Assembly: GCA_951406725.2 (NCBI GenBank)
Contig: OX597824.1
Location: forward strand, 6,758,001-6,822,000
From: Octopus vulgaris
Lineage: Eukaryota
Length of the DNA stretch: 64,000 nt
Reading direction: 5' to 3'
The notes under the pieces: generated by a model
The model's database searches: none
Told to the model about the DNA's origin: nothing
What the model saw: the letters and a program-made list of their open reading frames with translations, nothing else
Shown here: positions 12,809 to 27,130 of the stretch, one piece after another
Layout of the letters: each line of letters begins with the position of its first letter
Position numbering within the stretch: the stretch's first letter is position 1
Translations under genes and position numbers: made by a program

Positions 12809-14454
12809 GTAATAATAATAAGTAGGGTAGTTTCAATACAGTATAAGTTACAAAACTAGAACAAAACCCGTCACATACCGCAGGCACACAGAGTCTGTGC
12901 TCAGTAGCGCAGTGAAAGCATAAAATAAAAATAAGACATCTAAATGATGGCAATGATGATGATGATGATGGTGATGGTGATGGTGTCGATGATAAGAGGT
13001 ACAAAACGCTTCTCCTCCTCCTCGACCAGAATTTTGCAGTTTCAGAGGAAGCAAAATTAAATTGTGACCACCACCACAACTGCGTGTAAGAAGAGAAGAA
13101 ATAATAATAATGTTAATGAATCTTTGGCTATCAATTGGTTTAATGCTGATGATCTTGAAACAACAAACATTCTAATTATCGCAGCAATAAGCGAAGCACT
13201 CGGTAATGCTGTCGCTTCTATGTTTCCAGCAGATCTTTTTGCAGGGGTTTCGTTTGGATGGAGGGAGTGACTGGGAGAGGGGGTCCAGACCTAATTGATG
13301 CTCAGCTTAGAGATAAATCATGACGTTATTTGAAGGAGGAAAAGTGATTCCAAAGGGACAACATTCTAGAGGGGATGGCCACTAATGTGGTTAGTGTAGG
13401 GCCTGTAGTAGTAGGAAGAGTTTATATACAATAGAAGTATTGAGAGAGAGGATGAAAGAGAGGAAAGGTGGTAATGATAATAATGATGACGACAACGATG
13501 ATGGTAGTGGTGGTGGTGGTTGGTGGATGGTGATGATGATGATGATGATGGTTGTGGTTGCTGGTAGTAACGATGATGATGATGATGATGATAAATAAAG
13601 TAATAAGTAGTATGCATTTGTCTCCGTCGTACACTGCGTGCTACCAATTTGCTAAAAACTAATATTTTTGGGGGTTTTTTTGTTTGTTTTGAAGACCACA
13701 ATTATTGCTAATAAACACAAACCTAAATTGACTCAAACGAAAACAAGTGTTAAAGAACTTTCAAACAAAAACAAACAAAACAAAACAAAACAAAACCGGG
13801 TGATCTACAGCTCTTTCATGGTGACATGTCTTTTGCAAAATGGCCCAACACAATTAATGCATTTGTTTATTTTCTGTCATTTTGCTTTCTTGCTTGTTTG
13901 TTTGTTCCAAATGACAATATTACAGCTGACCTTAAGAGCTTGAACACAGAAAACTTTCAGCAAGAAGAATGCCATTTCTATGATAACATTAAGAAAGACG
14001 AAAAATAACAAAAAAAGAACTAACAAAAGGTAAAATATAATTACAAAATAACGAGAGAGTTTTACATTGGAAATGTTTCATTCGCTGTAAGAAATAATAA
14101 TGCTAAAAAAAAAAAGGAAAAAACGAAGGAAAAAACCCAAAGTTCTACAGAATCAGTGACATGAGAAGCAAGCAAATGTTTTCTTTTCTTCAATTCTTTG
14201 GAATTTGCAAGGCATCTACTTCCATAATTTCGCAGCAACTTCACCTTCGAAGTAAGAGAACACACACACATGCATGTACACATGCAAGTATGTTTTTGTG
14301 TGTGCGTGTGCGTGTGTGTATGTATGTATGTATATGTGTGTATCAGCTGCATGATCTACTAGTGAAATTGAAGACACTATCAGATATTCTTTCAAGAATA
14401 TTTCTTTTCACAAGATCCAATAATTGAATGGAATCCAGCAACTGTATGTGTATA

Positions 14455-14498
<44 letters not shown>

Positions 14499-14515
14499 AA
14501 TAAACACACACACAA

Positions 14516-14558
<43 letters not shown>

Positions 14559-14623
14559 TAAATACACACACAAATAATATATATATATATGTATGTATAT
14601 ATATATATCTAAATACACACACA

Positions 14624-14673
<50 letters not shown>

Positions 14674-15020
14674 AAAACAATAATAATCCTCACATGGAAT
14701 TTATAAATACTTTACTGTATTGCTACATGTGTTTCCATAAACCATGTTTCTTAAGATCATAGTCTGTGTTCCTCGAGCGATTACACTCCAGTCCATATGA
14801 TCTGTGGAAACGTGTGTAGCGATGCATTAGAATATTTGTAAATTTCATCCAAGGATTATAATCATTATTACTTTATTTATCCTGCATTATATCGGCACAG
14901 CTTGGTGCAATCCCCAAAATCTGATGGTGCCAGTTGGCATCGTTAGGCTGTAGACAACATAATAGAATCGGAGCTTTTAAATGCAGATTCAAAATGTTTC
15001 CCCATAAACAAACTTAAAGT

Positions 15021-15067
<47 letters not shown>

Positions 15068-15125
15068 TATACATACAAAAACTAAATATATTATATTCTG
15101 AAGATAAAGACATAAGTACAAGCAT

Positions 15126-15528
15126 AGGCGCAGGAGTGGCTGTGTGGTAAGTAGCTTGCTTACCAGCCACATGGTTCCGGGTTCAGTCCCACTGCGTGGC
15201 ATCTTGGGCAAGTGTCTACTGCTATAGCCCTGGGCCGACCAATGCTTTGTGAGTGGATTTGGTAGACGGAAACTGAAAGAAGCCTGTCGTATATATGTAT
15301 ATATATATGTATGTGTGTGTGTGTGCTTGTCTGTGTTTGTCCCCCTAGCATTGCTTGACAACCGATGGTGGTGTGTTTACATCTCCGTCACTTAGCGGTT
15401 CGGCAAAAGAGACCGATAGAATAAGTACTGGGCTTATAAAGAATAAGTCGATTTGCTCGACTAAAGGCGATGCTCCAGCATGGCCGCAGTCAAATGACTG
15501 AAACAAGTAAAAGAGAGAGAGTAAAGAG
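15126..15528 (+). mobile_element. tRNA-derived SINE family A, full length
   Basis: Box A-like TGGCTGTGTGG, box B-like GGTTCAGTCCC, CORE-like CTTGGGCAAGT, internal (TA/TG)n and a GTAAAAGA-type tail. More than 15 copies in the window. Confidence 0.85.
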
Positions 15529-16004
15529 TAACATATGTTGACAAATAAATTTACTTTCACATGGAGTATAGGAAATAAAGGAGTCTAAAAGTAGAACGCA
15601 TAGTTTTTGAACTTGACACCCCTTTCTGGGAGCTTGGAATTAGACAACAGTTGTAACAGATGAAACATGCCGAAATCATGGATATGCAAAGAGTAGATAG
15701 ATGCATAGAGATATTAAGGGAGTACTGGCTTCCTTCATCAAGAGGGGAAAATTGACAGGTGTGAGAGATTTAAAGGTGCCTGATTACATGAATTACTTAG
15801 GTTCTCATTGAAGGACAATGAAACAAGTAAGATGACTTATCCAAAGGCATATAAATACACATGGAAATACTCCATGACCAGCTGCCAGAGATATTTAACA
15901 GAGAGAAAAATAAGTAAATATCAATATTTTGAACATGTAGTAAGAAAATGAAACTATGTTATATTGGTAACTATATGACTGTTTAAGTACATGTGTACAT
16001 GTAT

Positions 16005-16385
16005 GCACGTTGAAGGAACATGTGGAAGGGGTGAACCTAGGAAGATGTGGGATGAAGTGGTGAGAAAGGATCTTTAGGCATTGGGCCTCATAGAGAGGAT
16101 GAGAGGGGACAAAGATTCCTGGCAGTTTGCTGTGCTGGAGAAGACACATCAAGCTAAGTAAAAGCATGGCTGTCCTTACTCACAGGCATGTCCCTTGCAT
16201 CCCTCTTCAGTTGAACCTTCCTAACCTTGTGGGATCCTGGACACTGGTGCTACATGAAAAGTAACCATGCTGGTACCACATAAAAGCACCTGTACTGCTG
16301 CTGTGGAAAAGCATCCAATACACTCTGTAAAGTGGTTGGCTTTAGGAAGGGCACCATGCAGTAGAAAACCATGCTAAAACAGACA
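16005..16385 (+). mobile_element. Old RTE LINE 3' remnant
   Basis: VEGTCGRGEPRKMWDEVVRKDL-like translation followed by a diverged family C UTR. Confidence 0.65.
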
Positions 16386-16620
16386 GGTTTATCAATTTCT
16401 ATCTGTTAAATTCCCTCAATTGATATTGTATTGATCTGGGGTTACAGTAAGAAACACTTGCCCAAGAAGCAGGACAGTGGGATTTGAACCCTCAAGCCAC
16501 ATGGTCAACAAGCGAACTTCTTGACCATAACACCAAGCCTGCTCTTTAAGCATAACCATCCAAGTTTATTACTAACGGCCAAAGCTGCACTACAGAGCCA
16601 AACCATAAAGTAGAAACTGG

Positions 16621-16699
<79 letters not shown>

Positions 16700-17765
16700 T
16701 CTATTGGTTTGAGTAGAGCTTGTTCTACTCACAGTTCAATACATATTTATTTACACGCAGATACAAATTCCCTTAACGCCAAGTCTAACAACATGACAGA
16801 ATGCAGTTATACGAAGATTAGATATTAACAGCCGGGATAATAAGGTAACCATGGAATTCCTGTCTTTGGGGATGCTGTACTGCTTCAAACAACAAAGACC
16901 AAAAACCAAACGAGGCATCACCAAAGTGTTATAATGCTTATTTTTAGATAATAATAAGAAGAAGAATAAAAAGAAACAAAGCTAAATGTATTTTGTTTGC
17001 TTATGAAAAACAAAACAGCAAAGTAAATCTAAATTCGCCTATCCTTTATGAAAATAATAATTTGGCTGCTTCAGCTAAATAAGTATAAAATAAAAAGACA
17101 AAAACACTGGAGCCTTTGAATAACCCTTTTATTTTATACCCTAAACTAAACAGTCTAAAATAAAATAACATAAAATAAATGAATAAAACGTGGCAGAATT
17201 GTTGAGTAGGTTTCTGAAGTTGAATTTATTCACATATTTCTTTGTGCCAAAAAAAAAAAAAAAAATGATTGGTATTGATATGTTCCAATATATATTGGTA
17301 ATCTACTGTAATACTGCAAACAACAACAACGACAACAACAACAACAAGAATGAACAACATGTAATCATGTAATACCTTTTGAAACCGAGCCGTGTGAGTT
17401 TGTTTACTTTGCGAATAATTTTCTTGGTTACTTGCAAATTGCACTTTGAATGCCGGTGAATATGGGTGAAGCGAAATCAAAGCCAAAAAACATACACATA
17501 CACACACAAACACACACACACACACATGCACACATGCAAGCACACACAATGAAGATTTTATTCAGTCGCTATCATTTGTTCTTCCTTCTTCATGGCTTTT
17601 GTTCTTTTTTTTTTCTTGCCGCTGTCATAGTATATTTACATATGTATTTCCGTTTGTAAATGTATGTATTCATATGCATGTGTGTGTTTGTGTGAGTGCA
17701 TATATATGTGTGCGTTTGTGTGTTTGTATATAAGCATATGTGTATATGTGCTTATGTGTGCATAT

Positions 17766-17805
<40 letters not shown>

Positions 17806-17917
17806 GCGTATATTTGTATATTTAAGCATATATATATAATTATGTATATATTTATATATATTATGTATATATTTATAACTCATATGTAAACACTTCGTAA
17901 CACAGATTATGAAAGGA

Positions 17918-17953
<36 letters not shown>

Positions 17954-19002
17954 GTAAATAAACATGCATGTTAGATAGATAGATAGATAGATAAATAGAC
18001 AAATAGATAAATGCGTGCGTAGGTGTGTATATGGGTGTGTGTATATATATATATATATATATACATTCATACATATATATTTACATATACATACACACAT
18101 ATACATATATGTGTGTATATATATATATATGCATATATATATATTATATATATATATATACACACACATACATGCATATAAATATATACATAATTATATA
18201 TATGCTTAAATATACAAATATACATATATATGTATTTACACACGTAAGCACATGTACAAATATGCTTATATACAAACACACACATATGCATATAAATACA
18301 TACACTTACAAATGGAAATACATATGTAAATATATTTATATGCATATATATGTAAGCAGATACATACATACATACATACACACACACAAGAACAAAACAA
18401 AACAAAGAAAACTAAACAGATAACAGAACGAACAGAAGAGTGGGACCAGTTCATCTGATGAGGACATAGAGAAGTAGATTCTCAGCCCACACTAATGAAA
18501 TAACGAATTCTTGCATGCCACGATTATTAAGCCTTTGCAGGAATGCACCAGAGACATAAAGGTAAGTGCTGCCAAAAGAGATAACACATTAGCAGGCTCC
18601 TATCAAGATCTACAGAGAAAAAAATGACTAATGTGTCACTAGAAATTATCAACCAAGCCATGATGTTTGTTGTTGTTGGCAGTGTTTGTTTAGTGCCGAG
18701 TCAGCTCTGATCAAGTAAGCCTAACATCAAAGAATTCCACCTAAGGCCATTCCATCTTATTTTCAGACAATGCTTTCTATGACTATATTATTCCAATGCA
18801 TTATCTTAACTGTTTTCCCGTTTGGTGTTCCGTTTTGGTCTTTTTAACACGGTAGAGTGTGATTAGAGAGAATTTGGCTGTTATTTTCAGCATCCTATGA
18901 GATCATAGAGAATCTCTTTTGCATTGGTTTCAAAACATGGAATACTTCATGCATTTGACCTCATCCGTATCTATTGTATTTCATTATTAAAGCTATTGTT
19001 AA

Positions 19003-19595
19003 CACTTTCATTACCAACCCACCTGAAACTGCCTCTGGCTCTGTAGTACAAATGTCTTGTTTCCAAAAGTTCTGAATTAGAATCTTCCACCAAACCTTAG
19101 TCACAATTTATGTTCCTAACACAAGATTAATGATAAGTTATTTTACTAAATTCTTTGTTATATTTAAAATTATTTGAAAGAAACACAGAACATCTCAAAA
19201 GAAATATGGTAACAAAAGGGTTAAGAAGAAAAATAATCAGCAGAAGACATAAGAGAAGGAAACTTCGGTGTGGTCACTCTTTATGCTAGAAATAACAGCC
19301 TAAATTTCTTTCAATCCACACCCTTCCAATTGCTTCTAATGTGCATCTGCCCAAATGTAGAGGTGTGTTTAAACCTTTTGATATCAACCTGGCTGAAACC
19401 GTCTCTGGCTCTGTAGTACAAATGTCTTGTTTCCATAGGTTCTGAATTAAAATCTTCCACCAAACCTTAGTCACAATTTATGTTCCTAACACTAGCTGAA
19501 AGATAACTAAGATATTTTACTAAATTCTTTGTTATATTTAAAATAAATTGAAAGAAACACAGAGCATCTCAAACAGAAATATGGTAACAAAAGGG
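19003..19595. mobile_element. Two piggyBac-type MITEs (19003-19220, 19373-19595) with a spacer shared with 2375-2518
   Basis: TTAA flanks and ...GGTAACAAAAGGG ends. The spacer GAAGAAAAATAATCAGCAGAAGAC...GAGGTGTGT is near-identical to the one in the 2.4 kb cluster. Confidence 0.75.
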
Positions 19596-20017
19596 TTACA
19601 GGTGTTGTAAAGAAGATGAAATGCATAGCAACAGTTCTTCTAACTCTTTACATTCAGTGTTCAAATATTGCTTAAGTCAACTTTGCCTCTTGTCACCCTG
19701 GGGTCACTAAAATAAAGTACCAGTCAAGTTCAGCAATCAATGAAATTGACTTGCACTATTCCCTCAAAATTGCAGGCCTTGTGCCAGAAGTAGAAAGAAT
19801 TATTAATGCTATTGTTAAGGCAGTGAGCTGGCATAATCAGTAGAGCATCACAGAAGATTCTTAGTGGCATTCAAATCCCACCAAGGTCAACTTAACTTTT
19901 TGTCCATTCAGGGTCGTTAAAATGAAGTATCAGTCAAGTACTGGGGTCAGTTTAATTAACTTATCCCTCCACTGGAAATTGTTGGCCTTGTTTTAAAGTG
20001 TGAGACAATTATTAAAG

Positions 20018-20135
20018 ATTCCGGGTTCAGTCCCACTGTGTGGCACATTGGGCAAGTGTCTTCTGCTATAGCCTTGGGCCAACCAAAGCCTTGTGAGTGG
20101 ATTTGGTGGATGGAAACTGAAAGAAGCCCGTCGTA

Positions 20136-20167
<32 letters not shown>

Positions 20168-20771
20168 CCGGAGTAAACACATAAATGTGAAACAAGGTGG
20201 AAAAAAGAGTACTCAAATACCAGTGGTAGAGTAATATGCTTTATTTAAAGCAGCAGAAAATTCAACAAAACCTGTTACTCTGAGTTTCCCATTGTCGTTC
20301 ATCGGACAGTTTTTGCAACGGGAAACTCAGAGTAACAGGTCTTGTTGAATTTTCTGCTGCTTTTAAATAAAGTATATCATCATCATCATCATCATCAACG
20401 TTTAGCGTCCGTTTTCCATGCTAGCATGGGTTGGACGGGTCAACTGGGGTCTGTGAAGCTGGAAGGCTTCGTCAGGCCCAGTCAGATCTGGCAGTGTTTC
20501 TACGGCTGGATGCCCTTCCTAACGCCAACCACTCCGCGAGTGTAGTGGGTGTTTTTACGTGCCACCTGCACAGGTGCCAGACAGAGTTGGCGAACGGCCA
20601 CGAACGGATGGTGCTTTTACGTGTCACCGGCACGGGGCCAGGCGATGCTGGCAACGGACACGAACAGATGGTGCTTTTACGTGCCACCGACACGGGGCCA
20701 GACAGAGCTGGCAAACGGCCACGAGCGGACGGTGCTTTTACGTGTCACCGGCACGGGGGCCAGCCGATATA

Positions 20772-20812
<41 letters not shown>

Positions 20813-21040
20813 GTGTGTGTATATGTTTGTGTGTCTGTGTTTGTCCCCTCCCTCCAACATCGCTTGACAACTGATGCTGGTGTGTTTACGTCCCTGTAAC
20901 TTAGCGGTTCAGCAAAAGAGACCAATAGAATAAGTACTAGGCTTACAAAGAATAAGTCCTGGGGTTGATTTGCTCGATTAAAGGTGGTGCTCCAGCATGA
21001 CCACAGTCAAATGACTGAAACAAGTAAGAGAGTAAAGAGT
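20018..21040 (+). mobile_element. SINE family A split by nested insertions (fold-back/HHR-like piece 20167-20375; family C RTE tail on minus 20376-20765)
   Basis: 5' half at 20018-20135 and 3' half at 20810-21040. Both insertions sit in the internal (TA)n. Confidence 0.75.
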
Positions 21041-21768
21041 ATAAGAACGAACATCTACGTGATTTGAGGGAAATTTGTCTGCACTTTCTAGCATATTTGT
21101 TTGCTGGGGCTTGCAGCGTGGTCACATGACATGTTAGCAACAACGGCTAAATCTTAATCTAAAAACACCCTAACATGTCAGAACAAAACAAAAAAAAAAA
21201 CAGAAACAAACAAAGGCGGACACAAAGGAGATAATGACATCTTAGATATAAGATGCCTGAAGAGAAAGTTGAGGATAAATGGAAGACCTTTGATCATAGG
21301 TTTCTCAAACAAGATTGATCTTGGGCTAAACAAACAAACAGATAACAATACAAGCACACACACGGGAAAGAGGCTTTAAATTTTCCACGATTTTCAATTA
21401 TTCAAACCCAAAAAGAAAAAAAAGTTTAATAATTGTTTGAAAGCAGATATAATTGGTGGTTGCATAAGATGTGTAAACGCAAAAGTTTGTAGTAAAATTA
21501 AATTGAGAAATTCGGATATTCAGGACAGGTTTAATTTCAGTGCTGTCAGATCACCATCTGCTCTTTGTGTAAGGATTAATGTTCAGTTTTAAATTCTTTG
21601 AAATTTCTGATAATTAGAAGCAGTTCAGGTAGATAATAAATGTATGCAAGAGAAGTGACGACATATTAGCTATTATTGTCTACAGAATGGTAATTGCAAC
21701 AATGCATTGTGCACTATGGCTAAATGCTCTACAGTGCAGTAGAAAATGCACAGATACCAGTCATTATA

Positions 21769-22360
21769 CAAGGCAGCGAGCTGGCAGAAACGTTAGCGTG
21801 CTGGGCAAAATGCTTAGCGGTATTTCGTCTGCTGTTACATTCTGAGTTCAAATTCCACCGAGGTCGACTTTGCCTTTCATCCTTTCGGGGGTCGATTAAA
21901 TAAGTACCAGTTATGCACTGGGGTTGATATAATTGACTTAATCCGTTTGTCCTCTCTGTGTTTAGCCCCTTGTAGGTAGTAAAGGAATAGGTATTTTGTC
22001 TGTCGTTACGTTCTGAGTTCAAATTCCACCGAGGTCAACTTTGCCTTTCATCCTTTCGGGGTCGATAAATTAAGTACCAGTTACACACTGGGGTCGATAT
22101 AATCGACTTAATCCATTTATCTGTCCTTGTTTGTCCTCTCTGTGTTTAGCTCCTTGTGGGTAGTAAAGGAATAGGTATTTCGTCTGTCGTTACGTTCTGA
22201 GTTCAAATTCCGCCGAGGTCGACTTTGCCTTTCATCCTTTCGGGGTTGATAAATTAAGTACCAGTTACGCACTGGGGTCGATATAATCGACTTAATCCGT
22301 CTGTTTGTCCTTGTTTGTCCCCTCTGTGTGTAGTCTTTTGTGGGCAGTAAAGAAATAAGA
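21769..22360 (+). mobile_element. SINE family B with about three tandem body units
   Basis: One head AAGGCAGCGAGCTGGCAGAAACGTTAGC, then three repeats of GTTCTGAGTTCAAATTCC...GTCGA...TAAAGAAATA. Imperfect TSD ACCAG(TC/CG)ATTATA. Confidence 0.8.
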
Positions 22361-23085
22361 AACCAGCGATTATATTCTACACAATGGTAATTACTATAAT
22401 GTACTATATAACACATCTATGGCATGGCTGTGTGGTAAAAGTATGCTTCTCAAGAAACATGGTTCCAGGTTCAGTTCCACTGGATGGCTGCTTGGACAAG
22501 CATCTTCTAATATAGCCCTGGGCCAACCAAAGCCTTGTTCACAGATTTGGTAGTTTAGTTGATGGAAACTGAAAGAAGCCCATTGCACGTATGCATGTAC
22601 GTATATGTTTGTATCATTGTATTTGTCCGCCATCACTACTTGACAACCTGTGTTAGTTTGTTTATGTCCACATAATGTAACAGTTCAGCAAGAGAGAGAA
22701 ACAAAATAGGGATCAGGTTTTAAAAAAAAACATGAGTACTAGGGTCAATCTCTTAGGATTAAGTCCCTTGTAGTTGGTGCTCCAGCATGACTGAATCAAG
22801 TAAAGAATAAAAGATAAGACAGATGTTAGCCATAATATTCTATAGAATAGACATTTCTATACTCTACTAAACACTATTTCCAGATGTGTACTACAGTACA
22901 TTATCAAACATATGTTCTATAACATTACAGAAGATATAGGTATATTCAATAAGACATTTATTAGCAATTATATTCTGTACAATGGTTATTGATATATGAT
23001 ATTGGCTATCTTAACTATAGATTTGATAGCCAACACTTTGTTTTATGATAGCCGACACTGTGTTTTACGATAGCCAACACTGTAG

Positions 23086-23378
23086 AGTAAAGATTGTTTG
23101 CCAACATAACATAGCAGTCCTGGTTTAGGATGAATGTTGCTGTAATTTAGTCCCAGGAGACATCGTCTCCAGCTGGCTATACGACATGATCTGTGTCCTT
23201 ATATTTTTGAATAAGGGATACAGATCATGCCAGCTGGAGACGATGTCTCCTGGGGCTAAATTACAGCAACATTTGTCCTAAAGCAGGACTGCCATGTTAT
23301 GTTGGCAAACAATCTTTACTCCAAAGTACTGTTGCTGAATATCTCTCGTTGTGAGATTTAAAAATAGTAATTTTCTAA
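23086..23378. mobile_element. Fold-back element, copy C
   Basis: Inverted arms AGTAAAGATTGTTTGCCAACATAAC and GTTATGTTGGCAAACAATCTTTACT, with the same right-side extension as copies A and B. Confidence 0.8.
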
Positions 23379-23389
23379 ACCAACACTGA

Positions 23390-23681
23390 ACATGGCCGTT
23401 GCCAGCACCGCACCGACTAGCCTCCATGCTGGTGGCACGTAAAAAGCACCATCCGATTGTGGCTGTTTGACAGCCTCGTCTGCCACCTGTGCAGGTGGCA
23501 TGTAAAAAGCACCCACTACACTCATGGAGTGGTTGGTGTTAGGAAGGGCATCCAGCCGTAGAAACATTGCCAGATCAGACTGGGCCTGGTGCAGCCTTCT
23601 GGCTTCCAAGACCCCAGTTGAACTGTCCAACCCATGCCAGCATGGAAAGCAGACGCTAAATGATGTTGATGATGATGATGA
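23390..23681 (+). mobile_element. Family C RTE 3' tail
   Basis: Matches the 6040-6349 UTR and ends in (GAT)n. Confidence 0.7.
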
Positions 23682-25033
23682 ACACTGTGTTTTACGATGA
23701 ATGTAAGCATTATGTTTAAGTAATATGCTCAAAGACAACAGAACAGATAATGGTTGTGTGAACATATCAACAACCGGCCCCTAATAATAGTGGGTTTATA
23801 AGCAATCTGTTCATGGAATATTGAAGGTGGTACACAGAAGTTGATGACTCCAACTGGAACTGAAATGGGTATACAGGTGTTCTGCTTTTACTGTCCACAA
23901 GAATATTGCAAAGATACAACGTTGGCATTTATCACAAAACACACTTTTGACTGCCAAATATATTGACATAATTTATAGAACATTGCAGTAATAAACCAAA
24001 ACACCTTTAGGCATCAGTAACTTCGTGTCTGGTTTTGCTGCCAAAAGAAGAGCTAAATATGCAAATAGGTGTAGGTGTGGAAGAGATGCAGGATGTGTGG
24101 ATAAGAAGTTTGCTTCCCAACCATATGGTTTCTGGTTCAATCCTATTCCATGGCACCTTGGGCAAGTACCTTCTACTGCAGCGTCAACCCAGCCAAAGCC
24201 TTCCGACGGGATTTGGTAGAGGGGAAACTAAGAGAAGCCCATTCACTATGTGTATGCGTTTGTGTGTAAATATTTATGTGTGTGAGTGTGTATACATTTG
24301 TGGCACCTGGGAGTTGTGAATAAGTAATTGACACGTAAATGATGTCATTCGTTTATAATGTTCTGTGAGAACGAGTCTGCACACTGGGGAAATAATACTT
24401 TGTCTGGAAACAAGTGAGGGATAGTGACAAGAAGGTCATCCGGCCACAGAAAACCTGCCTCAATAAACTCTGTCCAACCCATGCAAGCATGAAAAAGCAG
24501 ATGTTAAAACTATGATGATGATGATGATGGTGGTGGTGATGATGCCTACTAAATTTACTTGGGTCCCTAATATTAGTTTGTTTATTTCACAAGTAAAAGA
24601 ATGTTGATGAAGACTGCCAAAAGAATCCATTTGCCCTTTCAATGTCCCTTTCAGGGTCAAACAAATGCCAGCAGCGAACATGAACACTCAATGATGTCAA
24701 CGATGATGATGAGCACATTGCACAAAATGTAATGTATACATTCATCATAAAAGATTGATCTGGCCAACCATCAGATCTAGTGACATGAACTACAGTTCAA
24801 CAGAGCAATAAAACAAAATTACACAGAAGTAATTTAATGTTTATTGCAAGTCAAAGTATAAACTTACTTGGTAATCCTAACAGATTAACAGATTTATTCT
24901 GCTTTTGACCCACTCCTCAGTCACTAAAACTTTTCTAACAAATAATGAACTTACAAATTGTTGTTTCCAAATAACGTGTGAGTGTGTGTCTGTGTGTGCA
25001 TTATATACATATATATATATATATAAATATAAT

Positions 25034-25080
<47 letters not shown>

Positions 25081-25480
25081 CACATGCATGTATGTATACA
25101 TGCATATAGCATGTATGTATACATGCATATATCATCATTACAGTCATCGTCGTTTAACGTCAGCTTTCCATGCTAGCATGGGTTGGACAGTTTGACTGAG
25201 GACTGGGAAGCCAGGAGGCTGCACCAGGCTCTAATCTCCCTGGCAAGGTATTTACAGCTGGATGCCCTTCCTAATGCCAACCATTCCGAGAGTGTAGTGG
25301 GAGCTTTTTGTTCCACCGGCACAGTGAGTATATAGGTATGTCATCATCATTGTCATCATCATGATTTAGTGCCCATTTGTCCTTGCTGGCATGGGTTGGA
25401 TGCTTTGGTAGGCTAGAAGGCTGCACCAGACTCCAGTTTGATTTGGCATGGTTTCTATGGCTGGATGCTCTTCCTAACAC

Positions 25481-25521
<41 letters not shown>

Positions 25522-25571
25522 TGAATATATATGTGTGTGTGTATGTGTTTAGGTATGTATGTGTACGTATG

Positions 25572-25607
<36 letters not shown>

Positions 25608-26131
25608 TATAAAGCTGAAGTTGTCTGTGTGTGTGTGTGTGGCAGGTTTGTAAAAACATTCCTTCCATGCTTTTGATGTGAAGGAAAGAATAAAAGAGGT
25701 GAGAGACTTTTTGAAGGGCCATTTCAGATTTGAAATGTCAAGAGAAGTATGATGCGGAAGATGAAGTTAACAAATTGAAAACGGACAAGAACAAAGAAAA
25801 ATATCCTGATAAATGGTGAGAATAGAGCAAAAAGTGGTTACGGTGAGGGAGAATGAAATAGCACGAGTAGAAAACTATGGATACTTATGTTTATTGAGAT
25901 AAACATAGATGAAAAAGATGAAGAGAAAGAAAGGGTCAGGCTAGCAAAAGAGGTAGGAAAGGTAAGTTAAGCCTTCATAGATGCCTAAGAAACAACAATA
26001 TATCACATCAGTTTGGATACCATACAATGTGTATGTATATATATATACATGTATGTGTATATATCATATACATATATACACATATATATACATATGTACG
26101 TAAGTATATACACACACACATATATATATAT

Positions 26132-26167
<36 letters not shown>

Positions 26168-26178
26168 GTATAGATATG

Positions 26179-26246
<68 letters not shown>

Positions 26247-26378
26247 CGTGTATATATATATATATATACACACACACATATATATATATATACATATAGA
26301 TATATGTATATATACACACATATATATGTATGTATGTATATATATATATATATATGTATATACACACACACATATATA

Positions 26379-27116
26379 TACTTTGATACTTTGATAGGTT
26401 TCGGCCATTATTGGCCCAGGCCATGTCTAACTTAATAGCACCACCTGGTGAAGTCTTTCAAGTCAGAATTTGGGCACTATGGCCCACTCAAGTAGAGAGT
26501 TATTGTTTACAGAGACATATCCGGGTGTAGGGGGTTTATTCGGGATTTCTTGAAGGAATCTGTCCAAAGACATCTTGAACCCTATAGGGTCAGTTTCTGT
26601 TTTAATGTGTTTTGGTGTGATGTTAAAGAGAGCGGGGCCAATTGAGGTGAAATAATTGTGCCGTATTGTTGTTATGAGATGAGAGTGCGATTTTTGTTTT
26701 GGGCGGATGGCACGGGGCCCAAGCCTTGGATGTACCTTAAAGGTGATGCCAACATCATTTGGGCAATGCTGATGGAATATTTTCCACATCATGCAGATGA
26801 TGTAGCGCTCACGACGACGTTGGAGAGAATAAAGTTTTAGCTTTTCTAGTCGACCCCAATAGTCGAGGCCTGTCATGCCATCTATCTTTTTTGTGATTGC
26901 CCTTTGAGGTGCTTCAACTTTTATGATACCTTGTATTGTGTGGGGAGACCACAGTGGACAACAGTATTCAAGGTGGGGTCGGGCAACAGTGGAGAAGAGA
27001 AGGATAATGGTGTGGATATCTCTCGACTGGAAAGTTCTGAGAATCCAGGAACACATTCTGCGGGCCATGTCAACTTTGGTGTTTATATGAGTGGCCCAGC
27101 TTATGTTGTTGTCCAC
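26379..27116 (-). mobile_element. 5'-truncated CR1/L2-group LINE with intact ORF2 C-terminus (26463-27116)
   Basis: 217-aa open frame ISWATHI...ILRTF..RD...RPHLEYCCPLWSPH...QRAITKKI.GM..LDYW.RL..LKLYSLQRRRER is the typical post-RT region of CR1-like elements. Short 3' UTR ends in tandem TATCAAAG. Confidence 0.85.
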
Positions 27117-27130
27117 ATATATACATTATA

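Noticed and set aside
18455-18527. CTGATGA...GAAA spaced like a hammerhead
   Set aside because: No stem II closing next to GAAA and no convincing stem I or III. Likely chance.
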